Below, in pieces: positions 34,852 through 43,873 of a DNA stretch of 64,000 bases. Source of the stretch: Alphaproteobacteria bacterium (GTDB lineage Bacteria > Pseudomonadota > Alphaproteobacteria > UBA828); NCBI GenBank assembly GCA_965221125.1, contig CBDCRW010000006.1, positions 352,001 to 416,000 on the forward strand. The letters are read 5' to 3'. Below the pieces are notes generated by a model that did no database searches, was not told the DNA's origin, and saw nothing but the letters and a program-made list of their open reading frames with translations. How positions within the stretch are numbered: position 1 is the first letter of the stretch; each line of letters begins with the position of its first letter. The position numbers and the translations under genes were made by a program.

Positions 34852-34969
34852 TCGCGGCAACGAATACGAATGCAAGAACAGGGGAGCGCGGCGGCCGGCG
34901 AGTGCGCCGTGCGGGGTGAGAACGAGGCTGTAATGCCCCACGGGCTGGAGAGAGGGCTTAGGAGAAACG

Positions 34970-35965
34970 ATGGCTAACGGGCGTGGCGCCCAGGGTGCAG
35001 CCGCGGCGCCGTCGAGAGGCGGTGTGGGCAGCGCGGTGCAGCTGTTTCTGTTGCGGTGGGGGCTTGTCATCTTCCTCGTGTTCCTCATCGTACTGTTCTC
35101 CATCCTCGAACCCCGGTTCCTCACCCTCACAAACTTTCAGAACATCATGCGCCAGGCCGCTCCACTGGCCTTGCTGGCGTGCGGGCAGGCGGTGGCGCTA
35201 ATCGCCGGCGGGGTCGACGTATCGGTCGGCTCCATCATCGCGCTGAGCAGCGTGGGGATGGTTCACACGGTCTGGACCCTCGGTGTCGTGCCGGGGATCA
35301 TCGCCGCGATCCTGATCGGCGGCATGATCGGGGCCGTCAACGGCACGATCATCGCCGTCTGGTCCGTCAACGCCTTCATCGTCACGCTCGCCATGATGAC
35401 GACGATTCGGGGCGTGGCCCTGGAGGTCACAGGCGGGATTCCCCTGTACGACAACATCCCCGGGGGCATGCTCTATCTCGGGAACGGGCATGTCGGGCCG
35501 GTGCCGTTCGCAGTCTTCGTCAGCGTGCTGGGCTTCGCGATCCTGTACTACTTCCTGCGGCTGACGCCGGCAGGGCGCGAGACCTACGCGCTCGGCGGCA
35601 ACCGGGAAGCGGCGCGGCTCTCCGGCGTGAGGATCATGCCGACGACGATCCGTGCCTACGTGATCAGCGGGCTGTTCGCGGGCGCTGCCGGCGCGGTCTA
35701 TACCTCGCGCGGCGGCATCGGCGCCCCCAACATGGGAGCGGGCGTGGAACTCGACGCCATCGCGGCGGCGGTCATCGGCGGGGTGGCCTTCGGCGGAGGC
35801 GAGGGACGGGTGATGGGCGTCATCGTCGGCGTTCTCATTCTCGCCATCATCAAGAACGGCCTCAACCTCTACAACGTGTCGTCTTTCGTTCAGCTCATTG
35901 TCATCGGCCTCATCATCGTCGCGGCCATCGTGGTCGACCGCTACCGCCACCGCGCCGATGCCTGA
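34970..35965 (+). CDS. CUT2 (RbsC-like) ABC permease
   Basis: GGVDVSVGS, FIVTLAM, YALGGNREAARLSG, ELDAIAAAVIGG. Confidence 0.93.
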   Translation: MANGRGAQGAAAAPSRGGVGSAVQLFLLRWGLVIFLVFLIVLFSILEPRFLTLTNFQNIMRQAAPLALLACGQAVALIAGGVDVSVGSIIALSSVGMVHTVWTLGVVPGIIAAILIGGMIGAVNGTIIAVWSVNAFIVTLAMMTTIRGVALEVTGGIPLYDNIPGGMLYLGNGHVGPVPFAVFVSVLGFAILYYFLRLTPAGRETYALGGNREAARLSGVRIMPTTIRAYVISGLFAGAAGAVYTSRGGIGAPNMGAGVELDAIAAAVIGGVAFGGGEGRVMGVIVGVLILAIIKNGLNLYNVSSFVQLIVIGLIIVAAIVVDRYRHRADA

Positions 35966-35999
35966 GAATGTTTCAGCAACCACAGATGGGGAGAGTTTG

Positions 36000-37148
36000 A
36001 TGCGTACAAGAAAGTCGATCTACGGCACCGGCACCGGGCTGATTGCCGCCGGGCTGATTGCCGCCGGTCTGCTGGCCGTGCCGGCACTGAGCGGCACCGC
36101 ACCGGCAGTGGCCGAGGATGGTCTCGAACGCAGCGTGACGGTGGAGGAGTACCACGCCCTCTACGGCGCCACGCCGACCGGCAAGTGGGTCCTGCGCGAC
36201 GGCGAGGACATCGAATGGTGGACACCGAAGCCATCCAAGAAATACCACCTGGCGATGGCGATCCCGCACGTGCGTGATCCCTACTGGGTGGCGGTCGCCT
36301 ACGGCGCCTACGAGGCCGCGAAGGAGCTGGGCGCGCGCCTGGATCTGCGCCCGGCCGGCGGCTACATGAAGCTCGGCGTGATGATGGCCGACATCGAGGA
36401 CCTGATCGCGCGCGGCGTCGACGGACTGGTGATATCGGCGGTCGACTACTCTGCCGTGGCCGTGCAGGTGAAGAAGGCGTGGGACGCGGGGATCCCGACG
36501 ACGAGTGCCCTGATCCCGACGGCTTACGAAGGGGCGCCCGGCGTTTCGATCGACGACTACGAGACGGGCGTCGTCCAGGCCAAGCTCGCTGCCGAGCGGC
36601 TGGCGCCGGACACCAAGATCTTCATGCTGAACGGTCCCCCCGGCGTCGAGTGGGGCAAGGTCCGGGCGCAGGGCTTCAAGGAAACCCTGGCGGAGCTGGC
36701 GCCGACCATGGAGATCCTCGGCGAGCGCTACCATGAGATGGACCGGACGATCGCCCAGCAGTTGACCGAGGACGCGCTGGCGACCTGGCCGGACATGAAG
36801 CTCATCTATTGCACCGCCGACTTCCAGTGCAAGGGCGCGATCTCCGCGCTGCGTGCCGCCGGCAAGAAGCCGGGCGATGTCTGGGTGACGGGCGTCCACA
36901 TGGACGAGGAGTCGATCGCGCTGCTCAAGGAGGGGTGGTTCGCCTGGGGCCTCAGCGAAGGGGCCTGTCTCGAGGGCAAGTACGCCGTTCGCATGCTGGT
37001 GAACATCCTCGAGGGCAATCCGGTGCCGAAGACGATGCTTGTCCCAATTCGCGCTTACACGCAGGAGAACATCGAATCCTTCGGATCGCTGGTTGGCGTC
37101 GACTGGGCCGCTCCGGGATGGACACCCGGCAGCACGCTCGTGGAATGA
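36000..37148 (+). CDS. Periplasmic binding protein type 1, TorT/RbsB-like
   Basis: Signal peptide; PSKKYHLAMAIPHVRDPYWVAVAYG..AGGY resembles TorT; NGPPGVEWGKVRAQGF. Confidence 0.82.
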   Translation: MRTRKSIYGTGTGLIAAGLIAAGLLAVPALSGTAPAVAEDGLERSVTVEEYHALYGATPTGKWVLRDGEDIEWWTPKPSKKYHLAMAIPHVRDPYWVAVAYGAYEAAKELGARLDLRPAGGYMKLGVMMADIEDLIARGVDGLVISAVDYSAVAVQVKKAWDAGIPTTSALIPTAYEGAPGVSIDDYETGVVQAKLAAERLAPDTKIFMLNGPPGVEWGKVRAQGFKETLAELAPTMEILGERYHEMDRTIAQQLTEDALATWPDMKLIYCTADFQCKGAISALRAAGKKPGDVWVTGVHMDEESIALLKEGWFAWGLSEGACLEGKYAVRMLVNILEGNPVPKTMLVPIRAYTQENIESFGSLVGVDWAAPGWTPGSTLVE

Positions 37149-37154
37149 AGCGAG

Positions 37155-37191
37155 GCCGAGGGCCCGGTCGGCCACGGGCCGGGCCCTCGGT
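37155..37191. terminator. Stem-loop after the binding-protein gene
   Basis: GCCGAGGGCCCGGTC ... GGCCGGGCCCTCGGT, 15-bp stem with G-U pairs. Confidence 0.5.
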
Positions 37192-37298
37192 TCAACCGTG
37201 CCTGTCCGGTTAGCACAGACACCTGCCATACGTAGGGAGCCCCCACTCGCCGGACCCGAGAGGCGAGCGGGCGGGCGTGCAACATCGGAGGAGCAGCC

Positions 37299-38798
37299 AT
37301 GACCGGCGAAAACGGCGCCGCCCTCCTCCGAATGGGGAACATCGAAAAGTGGTTCCACGCGGTTCACGCGCTTGACGGCGTCGACTTCGAGCTGCGCGCG
37401 GGCGAGATCCACGTCCTCCTGGGGCAGAACGGCGCCGGCAAGTCGACCCTGATCAAGATTCTGTCCGGCGCCGAGGAGATGGATTCGGGCATCATCTCCA
37501 TCAGCGGCACACCCACGACGATCCGCTCGCCAATTCACGCGCGAGACCTCGGCATCTGCACGGTCTATCAGGAGTTCGTGCTGATCCCCCAGCTCACCGT
37601 GGCGGAGAACATCCTCCTCGGGCGCCGCATCCTGAAGCGCGGCATCGTCGACTGGTCCAGCATGTATCGGCTTGCCACGGAGATTCTCGAGCGGCTGGGG
37701 TTCAACATCAGCGTGCGCGAGCGGGTCGGCCGTTTGTCCGTCCACGAGCAGCAGGTCGTCGAGATTGCGCGCGCGCTTGCTCACGACGCGAAGATCCTGG
37801 TCCTGGACGAGCCGACCGCTGCGCTTACCGATCGGGAGACCGAGCGTCTGTTCGAGATTCTCCAGGGCCTGCGCAAATCGGGTGTCGGCATCATCTACAT
37901 CTCGCACAACCTGGGCGAGGTCGAGCGCATCGGCGACCGCGCAACCGTGCTGCGCGACGGGCAAACCGTGGCGACCGTCGATCTGCGGACGACCTCGATC
38001 GATGAGCTGCCGCGCCTCATGATCGGCCAGAACATCAAGGAGCCCTTCCCCAAGCTCGACGTCGACAGGGGCGACGTCGTCCTGCGGGTGACGGACTGCA
38101 GTGACGCCGACAACCGCTTCAAGGATGTCAGTTTCGACTTGCACGCTGGCGAAATCGTCTCTTTTGCAGGGCTCCTGGGCTCCGGGAGCGAGAGCTTCGT
38201 GCGCGCTCTGCTCGGTCTCGGCAGGCACCCGTCCGGGGCGATAGAGCTGCTCGGCAAGCCTTACAGGATCGGCTCGCCCGCCACCGCGATCGGCTCAGGG
38301 GTCTTCTATCTTCCCGCCGACCGCAAGACCGAGGGCCTGGTGCTGCCCATGTCGGTCCTCGACAACAGCACGCTGGCCTCGCTGCGGCGATTCTTCTCCG
38401 CTGGAGTCCTCTCGATCGCCAAGCAGCGCGAAGACAGCCGAATCCACAGGGACAAGCTCGATATCAAGACCGCCTCGCTGGCGACGCGGTCGCGGAACCT
38501 GAGCGGCGGCAATCAGCAGAAGGTCATGATCGCCCGGGCGCTGAGCGCCAGGTCGAAGGTGATCATTTTCAACGAGCCGACCCGCGGCGTCGACATCAAG
38601 GGGAAGGTCGAAATCTACCGGCTGCTCAGCGAACTGGCCGCCGAGGGCGCCGGGATCATTTTCATCAGCCAGGAGCTTTCGGAAATGATCGGCATCAGCG
38701 ACCGGATCATGATCTGGCGCGATGGCGCAATCGTCCAGACCTTGGATCAGGCCGGCGCCACCAAGGAGAAGGTGCTCAGCCTGATCGCCGGGGCATGA
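37299..38798 (+). CDS. CUT2 (RbsA-like) ABC ATP-binding protein with two NBDs
   Basis: GQNGAGKSTL, LDEPTAAL, PADRKTEG, LSGGNQQKV. Confidence 0.94.
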   Translation: MTGENGAALLRMGNIEKWFHAVHALDGVDFELRAGEIHVLLGQNGAGKSTLIKILSGAEEMDSGIISISGTPTTIRSPIHARDLGICTVYQEFVLIPQLTVAENILLGRRILKRGIVDWSSMYRLATEILERLGFNISVRERVGRLSVHEQQVVEIARALAHDAKILVLDEPTAALTDRETERLFEILQGLRKSGVGIIYISHNLGEVERIGDRATVLRDGQTVATVDLRTTSIDELPRLMIGQNIKEPFPKLDVDRGDVVLRVTDCSDADNRFKDVSFDLHAGEIVSFAGLLGSGSESFVRALLGLGRHPSGAIELLGKPYRIGSPATAIGSGVFYLPADRKTEGLVLPMSVLDNSTLASLRRFFSAGVLSIAKQREDSRIHRDKLDIKTASLATRSRNLSGGNQQKVMIARALSARSKVIIFNEPTRGVDIKGKVEIYRLLSELAAEGAGIIFISQELSEMIGISDRIMIWRDGAIVQTLDQAGATKEKVLSLIAGA

Positions 38799-38859
38799 AG
38801 GTGGACCCGACCACGAACCGCAGCCGCGTCAGCATTCCGCACGAGAGGCAGTTCCGCTC

Positions 38860-40944
38860 ATGAGCACCATGGGAGTCGATACCGGCGGCACCTTCACCGA
38901 CCTGATCTACCTGCGCGACGACAGCGGAATCGAGGTGGCCAAGCGCCCCTCGACGCCACCCGATTTCTCGGCCGGCGTCATCGACGTGGTGGAGGCCGTC
39001 GACAAGGGCCGCAACGTGCTGCGCGACCTGGACTATTTCTATCACGGCACCACCGTGGCGACGAACGCCATGATTACCGGATCCGGCGCCAAGATCGGGT
39101 TCATCACCACCGCCGGGCACCGCGACGTGCTGCCGATGATGCGGATCATCGGCCGGTCCACCGGCCTCTCCGAAATCGAGCTGAAGCAGTATTCCTACAG
39201 CGACAAGCCGACGCCGATCGTGCCCAAGACCCGGATAAAGGAGGTGCACGAGCGGATCGACTACAAGGGGTCGGTCGTGCTGCCGCTCAACGAGGCGAGC
39301 GCCCGCAAGGCCGTGCGCGAGCTCGAGGCAGATGGCGTGCAGGCGATCGGCGTCTGCTTCCTGTGGTCGTTCAAGAACCGCAGCCACGAACGACGCATGC
39401 GGGAGATCATCCTCGAGGAGGCGCCCGACATGCACGTGTCGATCTCGAGCGACATCGTGCCGGCAATGAAGGAGTACGAGCGCTCGGCGACGACGGCGGT
39501 GAACGCGCATGTCGCGCCGCTGCTGACCAGCTACCTGTCCAGGCTGCAGGGCTCGCTCCGCGACCGCGGCCTCGACTCACCGCTCCTGGTGATGCAGTCC
39601 ATGGGCGGCGCCATGCGTGCGTCCGACTCGGAGCTTCGCTCGGTCAACACGCTCTCCTCGGGCCCGGCCGGCGGCATCGTCGCCGCGAAGTTCCTCGGCA
39701 ACCTGCTGGGGCATCGGAACATCATCGGCGCCGATGTCGGCGGCACCAGTTTCGATGTCGGCCTCATCTCTGACGGCGAGCCGATCATCACGTCCACCTC
39801 GACGGTCAACCAGTACACGCTGCTTGCGCCCACCATCGACATCGTCTCGATCGGCGCCGGCGGGGGCTCGATCGCCTGGGCGGATCTGGGCCGGCTCAAG
39901 GTTGGCCCGATGAGCGCCGGCGCCGATCCCGGCCCTGCCTGCTACGGACGCGGCGGCGACGATCCGACCGTTACCGATGCCGACGTCGTGCTCGGCTACA
40001 TCGACCCGGATTACTTCCTGGGCGGCGATTTCAAGCTCGACCGCAGGCTCGCCCAGGACGCGATCGAGAGGAAGATCGCCAAGCCTCTCGGCATCAGCGT
40101 CCGCGACGCCGCCTCCGGCATCATCGAGATCGTGAACCACCACATGTCGGATCTCATCCGCAAGATGACGATCGAACGCGGGTACGACCCGCGAGATTTC
40201 GTGGTCTATGGCTTCGGGGGCGCCGGCCCGCTGCATGGCGGCGCATTCGGCCGCGAGCTTGGTGTCAAGGAGGTCGTCTTCCCGCTCGGCAACATCTCCG
40301 CCGCCTTCTCCGCATTGGGGCTTGCGGTGTCGGACCTCACAACGGTGACCCAGCTCTCGGACCTCGCCCTGGCGCCGTTCGATCCGGCAACCGCAGGCCG
40401 GCATTTCAAGACGCTCGAAGCGGAAGCGGTCGAGAACCTCAGGGGCGGGGGCGGCAAGCGCGGCGAGATTACGCTCCAGCGCATTGTCGAGCTTCGTTAC
40501 AAGGGCCAGGTCCACCAGGTGGACACGCCGGTCCTCGGCGGGAAGGTCACCGCCGGGACCCTGGAGGCCGCGATCGAGGAGTTCGAGCGCCGCTACGAGC
40601 GGCTGTACGGGCGGGGCTCCGGCTTCCGCGAGGCGGGGATCGAGCTGGTGACCTACCGCGTTCTCGGCACGGCCCACATCCAGGATGCGTCTCTGCAAAA
40701 GAAGGCGGCGCGCAAACGTGACCCGGCGGCGGCTCGCGTCGGGTCCGAGAATCTCTACTGGCGCGAGGTCGACCAGGTGGTCAAGACGGACATCTACGGC
40801 AGCAAGATCGCACCCGGCATGGCGTTCGACGGCCCCGCCGTCATTCGGTTCGAGGCGACCACGGCGCTGGTTCACCCCGGCCAGCGCGCCCGCATCGATG
40901 CCTACGGCAATGTCCGAATCACGAACACGGGAGCAGGGAAATGA
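38860..40944 (+). CDS. Hydantoinase/oxoprolinase A subunit (ATP-binding)
   Basis: GVDTGGTFTD, HGTTVATNA, EYERSATT, SGPAGG, DVGGTSFD, GAGGGSIA, PGPACYGRGG. Confidence 0.93.
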   Translation: MSTMGVDTGGTFTDLIYLRDDSGIEVAKRPSTPPDFSAGVIDVVEAVDKGRNVLRDLDYFYHGTTVATNAMITGSGAKIGFITTAGHRDVLPMMRIIGRSTGLSEIELKQYSYSDKPTPIVPKTRIKEVHERIDYKGSVVLPLNEASARKAVRELEADGVQAIGVCFLWSFKNRSHERRMREIILEEAPDMHVSISSDIVPAMKEYERSATTAVNAHVAPLLTSYLSRLQGSLRDRGLDSPLLVMQSMGGAMRASDSELRSVNTLSSGPAGGIVAAKFLGNLLGHRNIIGADVGGTSFDVGLISDGEPIITSTSTVNQYTLLAPTIDIVSIGAGGGSIAWADLGRLKVGPMSAGADPGPACYGRGGDDPTVTDADVVLGYIDPDYFLGGDFKLDRRLAQDAIERKIAKPLGISVRDAASGIIEIVNHHMSDLIRKMTIERGYDPRDFVVYGFGGAGPLHGGAFGRELGVKEVVFPLGNISAAFSALGLAVSDLTTVTQLSDLALAPFDPATAGRHFKTLEAEAVENLRGGGGKRGEITLQRIVELRYKGQVHQVDTPVLGGKVTAGTLEAAIEEFERRYERLYGRGSGFREAGIELVTYRVLGTAHIQDASLQKKAARKRDPAAARVGSENLYWREVDQVVKTDIYGSKIAPGMAFDGPAVIRFEATTALVHPGQRARIDAYGNVRITNTGAGK

Positions 40945-43217
40945 GTAAATCGGTCTTGAAGATCCCCGGTTCCGAGCGTTTCGCCGCCCAGGGCAAGCGG
41001 CCTGAGCTGTCGGCCATCTCGCCGCAACTGAAGATTTTTCCCTTCGATCCCGAGCACGAGGTCGATCCCATCACGCTGGAGGTCGTGGGCCACAAGCTCT
41101 GGCAGATCAACGACGAGCAGGGCCAGGCGCTGAAGAAAATCTCGGGCTCGCCGGTGGCGACCGACGCCAACGACTTCAACGTCGTCCTGTGCGACGAGCT
41201 CGGCGACATCGTGAACATCGGCCCCTACTACCTGCCTCACGCGGCCAACGTCGACTTCATGGTGAAATGGACCCTCGAGAACCGGAGCGACAATCCCGGC
41301 ATCGAGCCCGACGACATGTTCCTGTGCAACGATTGCTGGGTCGGCGCCCTCCATCCGCAGGATGTGGCGGTGTTCTCCCCGGTGTTCGTGGACGGCCAGC
41401 TCTTCGCCTGGACCGGATCGACGATCCATCAGGTGGACCTGGGCGGCGTCAACATCGGCTCCTGGTGCGTCGACGCCGACGATCACTTCGCCGAGGGCAT
41501 GACCTATCCGCCGATCAAGATCGTCGAGCGGGGGGTGATCCGCAAGGACATCGAGGACGTCTATCTGCGTCGCTCGCGGGCCCCCAAGCTCGTCGCCCTC
41601 GACCTCCGCGCCCACATCGCCTCCAACAACGTCGCCAAGCAGCGGCTGCTGGCCCTCGTCGATCGGTATGGGGCGCAGACCATCCACTCGGCCATGAAGA
41701 AGCAGATGGATTACGCCGAGCGGCGCTTCCGCGAGCGGCTGCGCAAGATCCCGGACGGCGTGTGGCGCTGCGAGACCTACCAGGAGGTCTGCAAGTCCGG
41801 CGACCGGGGCGTCTACAAGACGCTCCTTACCATGCGCAAGACCGCGGACAGGCTGCAGTTCGACTTCTCGGGCTCGGATCCCAACGTCGGCATGATCAAC
41901 TGCACCCGTGCCGGCGCGGTCGGCGGCTCGATCGTCGCCATATTGCCGCAGCTCTGCTACGACATCCCCTGGGCCGTCGGCGGCCTCCACCGCGCGCTCG
42001 AATTCGTGACGCCGGCGGGCACGGTGATGAATGCCGAGTTCCCGCACGGCGTGTCCATGGGCTCGATCGCCGGCACGTGGGCAGCCACCAACTCGGCCAA
42101 CATCTGCATCGCCAACATGCTGTCGAGCACGCCCGAGTTCGAGGACCGGCTTCTCGCCGGTTGCATCGGCTCGTGGTCGACCGTGATCGCGTCCGGTCTC
42201 GACAACAACGAGCTGCCCTTCGTGACCATGATCATGGACGCGATGGCGGGAGGCTGGGGCGCGCGATCGTTTGCGGACGGCGTCAACACTGCAGGGCTGA
42301 TGGCGGCGATCACCGGCCAGTGCCCCAATATCGAGACCAATGAGGGCCTCTACCCGATCCTTTATCTCTATCGCCGGGAAACCAAGGATTCCGGGGGCGC
42401 CGGCGAGTTTCGCGGCGGCATGGGGGCCACCTCGTGCTGGATCCCCTACGGCACCGACGACCGGCCGATCGAGCTGGTGCTCGCAACCTTCGGCCAGGCG
42501 TTCCCGACGGCGCTCGGGATCGATGGCGGCTATCCCTCGAACACGGCCATGTACAAGATGATCCGCAATTCCGACGTCAGTGGATGGCTGGAGCGCGGCG
42601 AGATTCCGACCGACCTGGCAGTGTTGGAGGGCAAGCTCGAGTACTTGCCGCAAAAGTGCGAGACCCACCAGTTCGCCAGCGATGTGTTCGAGCAGACGCT
42701 GGGTGGGGGCGGCGGCTACGGCGATCCGCTCCGGCGCGATGCGGAACGGGTGCTGGCCGACGTGGTCAACGACGCGGTCTCGCTCGATGCCGCCCGCGAG
42801 ATTTACGGTGTCGTCATCGTGAAGGGAGAGGTCGACCACGCCGCCACTGCCCGTGAGCGCGACCGCATCCGTGCGTGGCGGATCGGGCAGGAGCCCACGG
42901 CGAGCGGCGGCCGCAACATCAGCAGCTCGAACGGACGGCTGAGTCAGCGCCTCCTTGTCGACGGCAAGCACGACGTCGTGTGCCAGTGCTGCGGCCATGT
43001 CGTCGGCCCGCTGAAAGAGAACTACAAGCTCAATCTCGTGCGCAGGGACAACAACATTCAGTCAGCCAATCCGCTGATCGTCGACCCCAAGCTTTTCATC
43101 GATCCCGAGGTCGAGTTTCGCCAGTACTTCTGCCCCTCCTGCGCGGTTCAGATCGAGACGGAGGTTTTGCTGGCGAGCAGCGAGCCGGTCTGGGACAAGG
43201 AGCTTTACTTCAACTGA
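40941..43217 (+). CDS. Hydantoinase/oxoprolinase B subunit with C-terminal acetone-carboxylase-gamma-like Zn domain
   Basis: DPITLEV, NDCWVGALHPQD, HQVDLGG, DSGGAGEFRGG, GGGGYGDPL; tail VCQCCGH..ENYK..FRQYFCPSC..ETEV. Confidence 0.88.
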   Translation: MSKSVLKIPGSERFAAQGKRPELSAISPQLKIFPFDPEHEVDPITLEVVGHKLWQINDEQGQALKKISGSPVATDANDFNVVLCDELGDIVNIGPYYLPHAANVDFMVKWTLENRSDNPGIEPDDMFLCNDCWVGALHPQDVAVFSPVFVDGQLFAWTGSTIHQVDLGGVNIGSWCVDADDHFAEGMTYPPIKIVERGVIRKDIEDVYLRRSRAPKLVALDLRAHIASNNVAKQRLLALVDRYGAQTIHSAMKKQMDYAERRFRERLRKIPDGVWRCETYQEVCKSGDRGVYKTLLTMRKTADRLQFDFSGSDPNVGMINCTRAGAVGGSIVAILPQLCYDIPWAVGGLHRALEFVTPAGTVMNAEFPHGVSMGSIAGTWAATNSANICIANMLSSTPEFEDRLLAGCIGSWSTVIASGLDNNELPFVTMIMDAMAGGWGARSFADGVNTAGLMAAITGQCPNIETNEGLYPILYLYRRETKDSGGAGEFRGGMGATSCWIPYGTDDRPIELVLATFGQAFPTALGIDGGYPSNTAMYKMIRNSDVSGWLERGEIPTDLAVLEGKLEYLPQKCETHQFASDVFEQTLGGGGGYGDPLRRDAERVLADVVNDAVSLDAAREIYGVVIVKGEVDHAATARERDRIRAWRIGQEPTASGGRNISSSNGRLSQRLLVDGKHDVVCQCCGHVVGPLKENYKLNLVRRDNNIQSANPLIVDPKLFIDPEVEFRQYFCPSCAVQIETEVLLASSEPVWDKELYFN

Positions 43218-43309
43218 GCGCCGGCTCGCAGAGTAGCGAACGGGCAATCACGACGTGCCGACGCCGGGCTTCGGTCCGATCCCGCCGAGGAACGAGAGCT
43301 GGGCCACGG

Positions 43310-43364
43310 CGGTGACACGATCTGTTTGCCCTGTCACCGTCATTCCGCTAAGTCGTTGATTTAG
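43310..43364. other. tRNA 3'-flank resembling an integrative-element attachment arm
   Basis: On the minus strand the CCA is followed by CTAAATCAACGACTTAGCGG; CGGTGACA..TGTCACCG inverted repeat at 43310-43339. Confidence 0.35.
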
Positions 43365-43440
<76 letters not shown>

Positions 43441-43529
43441 ACGCGCGACGATGCCGCGCCGGACATGTGCCACGTTTCAGGTGCGTGCGCAACAGCCGCC
43501 CGGCGGGATCGCCCCTGCCCTCATTCCCC

Positions 43530-43725
43530 GCGTGTCTCCCGTTGTCTGCTGGGATTGACGTTTGGCTGCTTTGGGTTATGGGTTCAGGGGGCTCACCTGA
43601 TGGGTGAGAGTTGGGGAGCTTGGGTGTCCGGGTCTCGTCTGGACTATGAGTTGGATCGCGAGGTTGGGCTTGGGGTGGTGACGGCGCACGGCGGCGTGCC
43701 GGCGCCGATCGAACATTTGGAGCGC
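43530..43725 (+). pseudogene. Possible IS1380-family left end and transposase N-terminal remnant
   Basis: G/T-rich atypical DNA; CACCTGATGGGTGA start context; MGESW..RLDYELD..VVTAHGGVP resembles IS1380 N-termini; similarity lost after ~40 aa. Confidence 0.3.
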
Positions 43726-43873
43726 GAGGACGAGGGCGCGCTGCGCCAGTGGGCGGCGCTCGACCACCTGCCCGACGGCGCGATTTCGCGACAGCGATCA
43801 TTGCAACCTGCGTGCTGTGTCAATATGAGGTCTCCAGTCACGGAGGGATCGCGTCCTCGCGGAGAACGAAGCT

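Noticed and set aside
36034-36067. 15-bp tandem repeat encoding GLIAA-GLIAA in a signal peptide
   Set aside because: In-frame slippage in a hydrophobic leader; not a phase-variation tract.
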